Shown in pieces: positions 1 through 7,731 of a stretch of 26,861 bases of DNA; the stretch's first letter is position 1; every line of letters begins with the position of its first letter. The notes under the pieces are model-generated. The model saw nothing but the letters and a program-made list of their open reading frames with translations. It searched no databases and had not been told where the DNA came from. A program made the translations under genes and the position numbers. The stretch comes from an uncultured Anaerolineae bacterium (lineage in GTDB: Bacteria > Chloroflexota > Anaerolineae > Anaerolineales > UBA4823), in assembly GCA_937129505.1 (NCBI GenBank), contig CAKZNJ010000527.1, forward strand, positions 1 through 26,861, given 5' to 3'.

Positions 1-176
1 GTGCGGGAGCAGGACGAGGAGGCACTGGCACGTACCCGGCAGAAGGTGCATGACACCATCGCGCAGTTCCTGGCACCGCTGATCGAGCGTGAGGTGCCGT
101 TCGCGGTCTGGACTGATGCCCTCGATTCATACGTCGCCGCCCATCCGCCGCCCATCGCGGCGGCAGACGGGCTCGC
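1..176 (+). other. High-GC segment of different apparent origin, carrying an open plus-strand frame (REQDEEALARTRQKVHDTIAQFLAPLIEREVPFAVWTDALDSYVAAH...)
   Basis: Counted 124/180 G+C (69%) over 1-180, above the rest of the window. Its boundary coincides with the loss of CoxM similarity. Confidence 0.6.
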
Positions 177-557
177 CGCGATCGTGCCGTCGGCGGCGGG
201 CAGGGTGTGGGCCACATTGCCGCCGAGGGTAGCGACATTGCGCACCTGCGGACCACCGATCAACCCTGCGGCTTCAAACAGAGCAGTGGCGAACTGGCGG
301 GTCGGTTGCCAAGAGACCACGCGGTTGAGCGGCACACCAGCCCCAATCCACAACGCCCCTTCTCTGATCTCAAGCATCTGCAGTTCGGCGATACAAGAAA
401 GGTCAATCAATGTTTTGACCGGCGCATGGCGGCCCTGTTGAAGCTCAAGAAGCAAATCCGTACCGCCCGCAATCACCTTGCTTTGCGGCTCGCTTTGCAA
501 GAGCGCCAGCGCTTCATTTAGTGTATGGGGAAGATAATATGAAGTCCAAGTTGGCAT
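1..557 (-). CDS. Xanthine/CO dehydrogenase-family FAD-binding subunit (CoxM/CutM/XdhB-like); no stop in window; recognisable only from 557 down to about 175
   Basis: Manual translation from ATG 557: MPTWTSYYLPHTLNEALALLQSEPQSKVIAGGTDLLLEL...LIDLSCIAELQMLEIREGALWIGAGV...LIGGPQVRNVATLGGNVAHTLPAADGTIA. Both FAD-binding motifs are present (AGGTDL and QVRNxATLGGN). AGGAG at 574-570. Missed by the ORF track because the frame runs off the window. Confidence 0.88.
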   Translation of the reverse strand, partial: MPTWTSYYLPHTLNEALALLQSEPQSKVIAGGTDLLLELQQGRHAPVKTLIDLSCIAELQMLEIREGALWIGAGVPLNRVVSWQPTRQFATALFEAAGLIGGPQVRNVATLGGNVAHTLPAADGTIAASPSAAAMGGGWAATYESRASVQTANGTSRSISGARNCAMVSCTFCRVRASASSSCSR

Positions 558-664
558 GGATCGGCGTAACTCCTGCTCCCATTAGATGAGAACGGCGGCA
601 CTTTTCGACGGAAACCCCTTCCGACGCCGACACAGCTCAACCTGCGCCGACCGCCGATCCAGAC
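557..664 (-). promoter_or_regulatory. Structured 5' leader with mutually exclusive pairings (candidate cis-regulatory RNA)
   Basis: Stems P1 656-650/599-593, P2 648-642/635-629, P3 623-619/613-609 and P4 592-586/582-576. A competing perfect 10-bp helix 661-652/566-557 includes the A of AUG. Confidence 0.45.
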
Positions 665-670
665 AGGGCT

Positions 671-679
671 ATTATAACA
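671..679 (-). promoter_or_regulatory. Extended -10 promoter (TGnTATAAT) for the coxM-like gene
   Basis: Minus strand reads TGTTATAAT at 679-671, just downstream of the terminator of the BMP gene. Confidence 0.6.
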
Positions 680-747
680 TACTCTACACCCCTTATCAGG
701 GTGCGAATTGGATAAAACTCAGAGCCGGCTTGTAGATTTTTCCAGAG

Positions 748-781
748 AAAAAATCGCAGGGCGAAAATTCATTCGCCCTGC
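748..781 (-). terminator. Intrinsic terminator of the BMP lipoprotein gene
   Basis: Perfect 10-bp stem GCAGGGCGAA (756-765)/TTCGCCCTGC (772-781), followed on the minus strand by a T6 run (753-748). Confidence 0.8.
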
Positions 782-821
782 AGGGTGTACAAGGTATGAA
801 ATGGCTGGCGTTGAGATCGAT

Positions 822-1979
822 TTAGTAGACACCCTCGGGGAGGGTTGCGATCTCGCCGTTGATGATCTTTTGCAGGATATCGGCAATTTCTTGCTTCAAC
901 GAATCGGGCACTTGGGCTTCCCATTCAGAGCCGTACTTGAGGCCAACGCCGCCGTTCTCAAGGGTGCCGATCCAGTTGCCGCTTTGGAAGTTGTTGTTGA
1001 TCAGCATCTCGATGGTCTCAAGGACGAAGAGATCCATGTTCTTCATGGCGTTGCTGAGGATGTATTTTGCCTTGTCGGGGTTGGCAAGAGACCAGTCGTT
1101 GTCCACACCGATCAACAGACCGAAATCGCGCTCTTCCATTACCGCCAGAGTGCCCAAGCCTACCGGTCCGGCAACAGGCATAATGATGTCTGCGCCTTCG
1201 TCCATGAGGGTCTCACCCATCTTGCGCCCGTCATCGGTGCTCTCAAAGTTACCCACCTCTAGGCCTTGGCGAGTTTCGACATCCCAGCCCAAAACCTGGA
1301 CGTTCGTGCCATGCACTTTGTTGTATTCAGCAACGCCGAGCGCAAAGCCATCCATAAATTTGGTGGTGGCAGGGAAGGCGATGCCAACATAGGTGCCGAC
1401 TTTGCCGGTTTTGGTTATGCCGGCTGCCAGATAACCGTTCAGGAAGGTCGCTTGGTCAATGGCAAAACCGGAGCCACGCAGGTTGGGGAACTCGAGATAG
1501 TCCACGTCGATGGTGGCGAAAAGCTGATCAGGGTTGGCTTGAGCGGCTGCAGCGGTAGCATCGGCAAGCAAGAAGCCAACGGTGATGATCAAATCACAAC
1601 CCTGCTCGAGGAAGGCGTTGATGTTGACTTCGTAGTCGGCCTGTTGTTGCGATTCGAGAAATTTTCCTTCAACCAAATCGGGATATTTCTTCATGGCGTC
1701 TTCGATGCCCTTCCATGCTGTGGCATTGAAGGACTTGTCGTCAATACCGCCAACATCGGTAACTTGACAGATCAACAGCTTCTTGGCGGGTGCCTCTGTG
1801 GCTACAGGTGCTTCCGTGGCGGCGGGTTCTTCTGTAGCAACAGGTGCCTCGGTAGCGGCAGGTGCTTCCGTCGCCGGCGGTTGCTGGGGTTCTGGCGTTG
1901 GTGTAGCCGCTGGCGCGCACGCTGCGACCAATAGAGACAACAGTACAAGCATCGATAGAATTTTTACAAATCGATTCAT
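822..1979 (-). CDS. BMP/PnrA-family ABC substrate-binding lipoprotein (probably purine/nucleoside-binding)
   Basis: Lipobox LVAAC; TDVGGIDDKSFNATAWKG, GCDLIITVGFLLADA, ADIIMPVAGPVGLG and IGVDND motifs; GGAG RBS; neighbours a xanthine-dehydrogenase-family gene. Confidence 0.92.
   Translation of the reverse strand: MNRFVKILSMLVLLSLLVAACAPAATPTPEPQQPPATEAPAATEAPVATEEPAATEAPVATEAPAKKLLICQVTDVGGIDDKSFNATAWKGIEDAMKKYPDLVEGKFLESQQQADYEVNINAFLEQGCDLIITVGFLLADATAAAAQANPDQLFATIDVDYLEFPNLRGSGFAIDQATFLNGYLAAGITKTGKVGTYVGIAFPATTKFMDGFALGVAEYNKVHGTNVQVLGWDVETRQGLEVGNFESTDDGRKMGETLMDEGADIIMPVAGPVGLGTLAVMEERDFGLLIGVDNDWSLANPDKAKYILSNAMKNMDLFVLETIEMLINNNFQSGNWIGTLENGGVGLKYGSEWEAQVPDSLKQEIADILQKIINGEIATLPEGVY
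1788..1877 (-). repeat. Five tandem 18-bp coding repeats (xATE[A/E]P linker)
   Basis: PATEAP-AATEAP-VATEEP-AATEAP-VATEAP, with a 36-bp super-period. Confidence 0.9.
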
Positions 1980-2041
1980 GGTGTTCTTCTCCTCTTCTAG
2001 AATAGGTGATTGGAATCGCTTGTCCTAGACAAGCCTAAGGT

Positions 2042-2207
2042 ATTATACTCGAAATTGATCGGCTTGATCCTTTGGATTGGAGGATAAGGGGAAATCTTTA
2101 GGGTGGATGAGAGGTTGATCCTAGGAGCACCGTTCGTCTTGCAACTCCCCAACGCGACTAGGCTGAACCCAATATCTCTCGCTGAAGCAGTGGTTTAGAC
2201 GTATAAT
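2042..2207. promoter_or_regulatory. Divergent promoter region
   Basis: TATAAT on the minus strand at 2047-2042 (towards the BMP gene) and TATAAT on the plus strand at 2202-2207 (towards the serA-like gene). Confidence 0.5.
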
Positions 2208-2246
2208 TAAAGAACGCGTATTTTTACATCGTGGAGGAATAACATC

Positions 2247-3188
2247 ATGAATAAATGGTCCGTGCTCATTACGGATGGTTTGGAGGACAAGGGACAAGCA
2301 ATCTTGCGTTCTGCTTGCGAGGTGGAGGACCGCAAGGGAATTGCTGCCGAGGAACTCATCCAAATCATAGAGAATTATGACGCTCTCATTGTGCGTAGTC
2401 GTACCAAAGTCACGGCTGAGGTGATCTCTCAAGCCAAGAAACTCAAGGCAATCGGTAGGGCAGGCGTCGGGGTGGATAACATCGATTTGGCGGCGGCTTC
2501 TGCTAAACAAATTACGGTGGTCAATGCCCCACAATCGACTACGATTGCAGTCGCCGAACACACAATAGCCATGATGGTTGCCCTAGCACGCAACCTTACC
2601 CAAGCGGATGCCAGCATGAAAAACGGCCAGTGGCTGAAAACGCAACTGATGGGCAGCGAACTTTATGGGAAGACGTTCGGTTTGATCGGGGTGGGCAACA
2701 TTGGAACCCAGGTTGCCCTGCGGGCGGCTGCCTTTGGCATGACCGTTTTGGGTTATGATCCCTACCTGAATGAGGATAAGATTCAGCAACGTGGCGCGCA
2801 GGCGGTTTCACTCCCTGATCTGCTCGCGAAATCCGACTTTATCAGCGTTCACGTCCCCCTTAATCCCGAAACGCGCAATATGCTCAATGGACAAACATTC
2901 GCAGCGATGAAACGGGGCGTGCGCATTATCTGCACCGCGCGGGGCGGGGTAATTGACGAGACAGCTCTGCTCCAAGCCCTTGAGTCTGGCCAGGTTGCCG
3001 GCGCTGCATTGGATGTTTTCGCTGTCGAACCGCCAGGATTAACCGCCCTGGTCGCTCACCCCCGCGTGATTGCTACGCCCCACATTGCTGCTCAAACGGC
3101 AGAAGCACAGGCGCGCGCCGCAGTGGATATCGCCGAAGAAATCCTCGCAGCCTTAGAGGGGAAGCCTCTGCGCTGGAAAGTGGTATAA
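2247..3188 (+). CDS. serA: D-3-phosphoglycerate dehydrogenase-like D-2-hydroxyacid dehydrogenase (short form, no ACT domain)
   Basis: GRAGVGVDNID, ELYGKTFGLIGVGNIG (Rossmann), ARGG, LDVFAVEP and TPHIA motifs; GGAGG RBS at 2233-2237. Substrate cannot be fixed from sequence alone. Confidence 0.8.
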   Translation: MNKWSVLITDGLEDKGQAILRSACEVEDRKGIAAEELIQIIENYDALIVRSRTKVTAEVISQAKKLKAIGRAGVGVDNIDLAAASAKQITVVNAPQSTTIAVAEHTIAMMVALARNLTQADASMKNGQWLKTQLMGSELYGKTFGLIGVGNIGTQVALRAAAFGMTVLGYDPYLNEDKIQQRGAQAVSLPDLLAKSDFISVHVPLNPETRNMLNGQTFAAMKRGVRIICTARGGVIDETALLQALESGQVAGAALDVFAVEPPGLTALVAHPRVIATPHIAAQTAEAQARAAVDIAEEILAALEGKPLRWKVV

Positions 3189-3231
3189 ATAAACTGATGC
3201 CTCGTTGCAAATCAAATTCGTTAGGAGACTC

Positions 3232-4734
3232 ATGACGACCAAAATTGAACAGCTAAAAACCCACCTTGCGGAGATCAGCGACTTGATGTACATTGGCAAT
3301 TTGCTCGGTTGGGATCAGGAGACCAACATGCCCCCTGCCGGCGTTAAGGAGCGGGGCGAACAGATGGCTACCATTGCCCGCCTGGTTCAGCAGCGTATCA
3401 CTTCGGATGAACTCTGCCGAGCCTTGGAAGAAGCCGAAGCAGAAGTTGTCGGTATGGACCCCGACTCGGACGAAGCACGCTTAGTCAAAGTCACCCGTCG
3501 GGAAGTGGACAAACGCCTTAAAGTTCCCAGCCGTTATTATGAAGAGCTCTCTCAATTAGCCGTCGAATCGTATGCCGCCTGGAAAGAAGCCCGCGAAGCA
3601 GATAACTTCGAGCGCTTTCGTCCCTATCTGGAACGAATGGTGGATTTGCGTCGCGAGTTTGCTTCTTACTTCAGCCCTTATGAGCATGTTTATGACCCGT
3701 TGCTCAACGAATTTGAACCAGGCTTGAAGACAAAAGAGGTTCAACAGATCTTTACCGAGCTGCGTCCGCGACAGGTCGCCCTGATTCAAGAGATCACCTC
3801 CCGCCCGCAAGTCGATGACTCCCCCCTGCGTCAATATTTTGATCCCCAAAAACAGTGGGATTTCGGCGTAGAAGTCCTAACCAAGTTCGGCTATGATTGG
3901 CAGCGCGGTCGTCAGGATAAAGCTGCTCACCCCTTCACGACCAGCTTTGGCTTGAATGACGTGCGCATCACGACCCGTATTCTCGAAGATTATGTCGGTT
4001 CGGCGTTATTTAGCTCGATGCATGAGTGCGGTCACGCGCTCTATGATCTCGGTTCAGATCCGGCGCTGGCGCGCACTCCCCTGGCTGGTGGAAGTTCACT
4101 TGCCTTGCACGAGTCCCAGTCTCGCTTGTGGGAGAATCTGGTCGGACGATCCAAGCCATTCTGGGAGCATTTCTACCCTCGCTTGCAGGAGTATTTCCCC
4201 CAGCAGTTAGGCAATGTGTCATTGGATGCTTTCTATAAGGGGATTAACAAGGTAGAGCCCTCGCTGATTCGAGTCGAAGCAGACGAAGCTACCTATAATT
4301 TGCATGTGATGCTCCGTCTGGAAATCGAAATCCAGTTGATGACAGGCGAATTGCAAACCGCTCACTTGCCCGAAGCCTGGAATACCCTGATGAACGAGTA
4401 CTTGGGGCTGACCCCACCCAACAACGCGAAAGGGGTGTTACAAGACGTGCATTGGTCGCATGGTTATATCGGTTATTTTCCCACCTATTCGCTAGGCAAC
4501 CTAATCTCTGCCCAGCTGTGGGATACGATTCAGAAGGAGATCCCCAATTTGGACGATCAGATCCGCAAAGGTGAATTTGGTGAGCTGCTAGAGTGGTTGC
4601 ACGCCAAGATACACCGCCACGGCTCGAAATTCGAGGCACCTGAACTCGTCCAACGCATCACCGGTCAATCGATCACCCCGCAGCCCTACATTCGCTATTT
4701 GCGCCAAAAGTACGGCGAAATTTACGGTTTTTAG
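3232..4734 (+). CDS. Carboxypeptidase M32 (Taq-type)
   Basis: HPF, HECGH (HEXXH), HESQSRLWEN, IRVEADE, QDVHW and YFPTYSLGN motifs. Start moved to ATG 3232 behind AGGAG. Confidence 0.95.
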   Translation: MTTKIEQLKTHLAEISDLMYIGNLLGWDQETNMPPAGVKERGEQMATIARLVQQRITSDELCRALEEAEAEVVGMDPDSDEARLVKVTRREVDKRLKVPSRYYEELSQLAVESYAAWKEAREADNFERFRPYLERMVDLRREFASYFSPYEHVYDPLLNEFEPGLKTKEVQQIFTELRPRQVALIQEITSRPQVDDSPLRQYFDPQKQWDFGVEVLTKFGYDWQRGRQDKAAHPFTTSFGLNDVRITTRILEDYVGSALFSSMHECGHALYDLGSDPALARTPLAGGSSLALHESQSRLWENLVGRSKPFWEHFYPRLQEYFPQQLGNVSLDAFYKGINKVEPSLIRVEADEATYNLHVMLRLEIEIQLMTGELQTAHLPEAWNTLMNEYLGLTPPNNAKGVLQDVHWSHGYIGYFPTYSLGNLISAQLWDTIQKEIPNLDDQIRKGEFGELLEWLHAKIHRHGSKFEAPELVQRITGQSITPQPYIRYLRQKYGEIYGF

Positions 4735-4761
4735 TCGCAACAATGGACATCGGGAGGCAGT

Positions 4762-5127
4762 ATGGCACGCATCCTCTTTATCGATGACGACCCCATGACG
4801 CTGGAAACGCTTTCCAAGGCAGTCGAGGTTTTTGGTCACCAAGCGCTTCACGCTCACAACGCGAAAGAAGGCTTGGAGATTGCCCGCCAACAGTCTCCCG
4901 ATTTGATTTTTACCGATTTGCGTTTGCCGGACATGGAAGGATTAGCGCTGGTCGGTCAATTACACAAGGATCCGTTGACGGCGCCAATCCCTATTTTGGT
5001 TTTGTCTGCTAGCCCTGCGCTCGATGAAATCGAGCGCGCCGAGGCTGCTGGCGCACGAGGGTTTGTCCATAAACCAATCCGTCTGCAGGCTTTACTCGAA
5101 CTGATCCAAAAACACTGCAACAAATGA
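4762..5127 (+). CDS. Single-domain CheY-like response regulator
   Basis: ILFIDDD, phospho-acceptor in IFTDLRLPDMEG, LSAS and HKP; GGGAGG RBS. Confidence 0.92.
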   Translation: MARILFIDDDPMTLETLSKAVEVFGHQALHAHNAKEGLEIARQQSPDLIFTDLRLPDMEGLALVGQLHKDPLTAPIPILVLSASPALDEIERAEAAGARGFVHKPIRLQALLELIQKHCNK

Positions 5128-6155
5128 GCCTGATTGCCTCATCGGCAAACAAACGCAAGCGAAGCTTTCTCCGGCGCGGGTGGAGTTGGGTAAGGTTGCT
5201 GTTTTCTATGACAATAATCGCCGGGTGCACCTTGCCTAACTCTTCCACCATCCCAACCCCTTATCCAACCCACCATCTCCCTACTCTGATTGCTCTGACG
5301 GTTCAAGCCCAGCGCACACAAGGTGGGTTTCCGGAGCCCGATGTCTCAATCAGCACAGTGGAACCAAACGCTCGTCCCCCTGAAGTTACAGCCAGCCCTA
5401 TCCCCGCCACTGTCACGCCCACCCTCACCGTCACCCCCCGACCGGAGCAACTGATCCCTGTGGCGGTGACGCCGCCCTCTCAGGCGACAATCCCCAATGC
5501 TGTTATCCAAATTAAACGTCCAGGACCATATTCCAAAGTCGTTTCGCCTATCTCACTCCTAGCCGATCTCAAGCCGGGCAAAGGAAAACAGGTTCAAATT
5601 GAACTGTTTGGCGAGGATCGGCGAGTTTTGGTTCGCCAGATCCAACCGGTTGTCTGGATCGACCGCTCGGGCTTTGCTCGGGTGTACCTCAGCATCCCCT
5701 TTGAGATTCGCGCCGTAGCTGAAGCTGGTTGGCTGACCCTTTCGGTCACCGATGACCTTGGCCGCATTACAGCAGTGAACTCCACACCGTTGATCTTGCT
5801 CTCGATTGGTGAAGCCGATATTATCCCCGCTGTCGATCTGCGAGCGCCGATTTTAATCCAACAGCCTCAACCCAATGCTCTTATTCAGGGGAAGAAGGTG
5901 GTCACCAGTGGTTTGGTGCGCAGTGGGGGGGATACGTATTTGATGATTCAGCTTCTGGATGCGGGGGGTAAAGTCCTAGGTCAGCGGGTGACCAACGTGC
6001 AGCCAGCCAAAGAATTAGGCTTCAGTTCGTTCAATACCGAAGTGCCTTATGTGGTTGCCGAACCAACCCCGGCCTTACTGGTGGTCTGGCAAGGAGTAGG
6101 TAGCCTAAGCAATGTCTTGTACCTCGCCAGCGTCGATGTGTTGCTCAGCCCCTAG
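5124..6155 (+). CDS. Putative lipoprotein with a Pro/Thr-rich linker and two Gmad2-like Ig domains
   Basis: IIAGC lipobox; TPTLTVTP linker; two repeats beginning IQIKRPGPYSKVVSP and ILIQQPQPNALIQG; ATGA overlap with the regulator. Start uncertain. Confidence 0.6.
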   Translation: MSLIASSANKRKRSFLRRGWSWVRLLFSMTIIAGCTLPNSSTIPTPYPTHHLPTLIALTVQAQRTQGGFPEPDVSISTVEPNARPPEVTASPIPATVTPTLTVTPRPEQLIPVAVTPPSQATIPNAVIQIKRPGPYSKVVSPISLLADLKPGKGKQVQIELFGEDRRVLVRQIQPVVWIDRSGFARVYLSIPFEIRAVAEAGWLTLSVTDDLGRITAVNSTPLILLSIGEADIIPAVDLRAPILIQQPQPNALIQGKKVVTSGLVRSGGDTYLMIQLLDAGGKVLGQRVTNVQPAKELGFSSFNTEVPYVVAEPTPALLVVWQGVGSLSNVLYLASVDVLLSP

Positions 6156-6301
6156 GTGGAAAAATGGAGGGGACAAACCAAGAAAAAGGGAGCAGTTCCA
6201 GCTTAATCCGTGGGCAAGGGGAGATGACTTCAAAGAATAAAAGCGATTTGGAACTTCATTCGAGCCAGCAAAAGGTACGGTGGCTAACAAGGTTCCTCCT
6301 T

Positions 6302-6428
6302 GACACGAAGGACACAAAGATCACTTTTCAATTTCTTGGTGTCCTAGTGTCTTTGTGTTAGTCCTCTTGAAACGTTTCACACCAAGACAGGAAGGAGCAG
6401 ATTTTTGTCCTTGGTGCTCTTTGTGGTG
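6302..6428. repeat. Two degenerate CAC(N)AAG/CTT(N)GTG-type palindromic repeats
   Basis: GACACGAAGGACACAAAGA (6302-6320) is inverted to TCTTGGTGTCCTAGTGTC (6334-6351); CACCAAG (6380-6386) is inverted to CTTGGTG (6410-6416), followed by CTCTTTGTGGTG. Confidence 0.65.
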
Positions 6429-6505
6429 GTCAGAGACATTGCCGCTTTCTGCGGCTGCCGCTACGCCCTGCTCTTTGCCATACACCACCTCAAAAACCAT
6501 TCGCC

Positions 6506-6598
6506 TTAGCGGATGATTGCAGGCAAAAAGATCAACTCGCCAACCAGCGGCTGAACATAGATCGGGGCATCATCGCGGATAATCACTAAAATCTGCAC
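6506..6598 (-). pseudogene. Possible C-terminal remnant or micro-ORF ending in an xLPxxxR motif
   Basis: VQILVIIRDDAPIYVQPLVGELIFLPAIIR*; no convincing start or RBS; the frame is closed by TAA about 23 codons upstream. Confidence 0.3.
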
Positions 6599-6752
6599 TG
6601 TTGAGATAATCCTTTTCAATCTCAAGGATGTTGCTTGTCTTTGGCATTCTTTTCGTATGCCATATTGTTAAGGAACTATGTTGGATTTACTTTAGCATCA
6701 AATCGCAAATCTATTCCATAAAGCACCGCAAAACCAGTAAAATTGGCAAACG

Positions 6753-7415
6753 ATGTTTGTTTTAGCCTCTACCTCACCCAGGCGGCGACAGCTTTTAGAG
6801 ATGCTCGCCATCCCCTTCACCATTCATCCTGTTGAGGTGGATGAGACGCCCCAACCCGATGAACATCCGGCGGAATATGTGCGCCGTCTTTCGCTAAGCA
6901 AAGCCCTTCAAGCGGCGGAGCAGTTGGATCGTCAGGCGATCATCCTTGCCGCCGACACAACCGTCGCCATCCAAACCGAGGCGGATAGGTGGTCTATTCT
7001 AGGGAAACCCGCTGATGCCCGCCACGCCGCAGAGATGTTGCGTTGTTTGCGCGGTCGGGTTCATTATGTCTTTACGGGTTTAGCCCTATTGCGCAATATG
7101 GATGGGCGGCTGTGGTCGGATGTCTGCACTTCAGAGGTACCCATGCGCAACTTCAGCGAGGAAGAGATGTATGCCTATATCGCCAGTGGTGACCCTTTAG
7201 ATAAAGCTGGTGCCTATGCCATTCAACACGAGGGTTTTCATCCCGTGGAAAAATTCGAGGGGTGCTTTGCGAATGTGATGGGGTTGCCGCTTTGCCATCT
7301 GGCGCAAATGCTCGATCAAGCAGGGATCAGTGTGCAAAATCAAATCTCCCTTCGTTGTGTTCGATCCTTGGGTTATCCCTGCGCTCTCGATCAAAGATAT
7401 GGGTTTCGCCGCTGA
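6753..7415 (+). CDS. maf: Maf-family nucleotide pyrophosphatase (YhdE type)
   Basis: LASTSPRR, VDE, AADTTV, LGKP, DKAGAYAIQ and NVMGLP motifs; the R/V/Q signature of the YhdE subtype. Confidence 0.93.
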   Translation: MFVLASTSPRRRQLLEMLAIPFTIHPVEVDETPQPDEHPAEYVRRLSLSKALQAAEQLDRQAIILAADTTVAIQTEADRWSILGKPADARHAAEMLRCLRGRVHYVFTGLALLRNMDGRLWSDVCTSEVPMRNFSEEEMYAYIASGDPLDKAGAYAIQHEGFHPVEKFEGCFANVMGLPLCHLAQMLDQAGISVQNQISLRCVRSLGYPCALDQRYGFRR

Positions 7416-7503
7416 GCGGCGTTGCGAACCTGTTTTCAAAACAATTTGGCATTAGCTAAAGAGAGCTTATAAAGGGCGACAATCCGCCGCCGCGCGACAT
7501 TTG

Positions 7504-7561
7504 TCATAATGAACTTTATGATGAATTTCCTATATCGCACATCGAGCTATTCATCTATAAT
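7504..7561 (+). promoter_or_regulatory. AT-rich promoter/operator region of the cytochrome gene
   Basis: Inverted repeat TCATAA-N6-TTATGA (7504-7521) and TATAAT at 7556-7561. Confidence 0.4.
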
Positions 7562-7731
7562 TAAAAAAAGTTAATCTTAGCGCTTCTCATCATCTTTGTT
7601 CCAGTTCGTTTTTTAATCGAAAAGTGTACTCTTTCCTGTTGTCAAGCAATTCGATAACCAGAGGAGGTGCAAATCGAGCCGACGAACCATAACTTGACCC
7701 TACCCATAAACTTTCTTATAGGAGAAGGAAG

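Noticed and set aside
1-441. Track ORF 1..441 (+) as one protein, and ORF 207..521 (+)
   Set aside because: Beyond about nt 176 both lie antisense to the CoxM-like gene and translate to non-protein-like sequence.
708-1934. Long plus-strand ORFs at 708-1262, 859-1392 and 1266-1934
   Set aside because: Antisense shadows of the BMP gene. The many other short track ORFs inside called genes were rejected for the same reason.
1980-2246. Purine riboswitch upstream of the BMP gene
   Set aside because: No purine aptamer core is visible, and the predicted leader is too short.
6368-6379. TGAAACGTTTCA as a LacI-type operator
   Set aside because: It resembles LacI-family sites, but it lies inside a repeat element with no sugar gene or clear promoter nearby.
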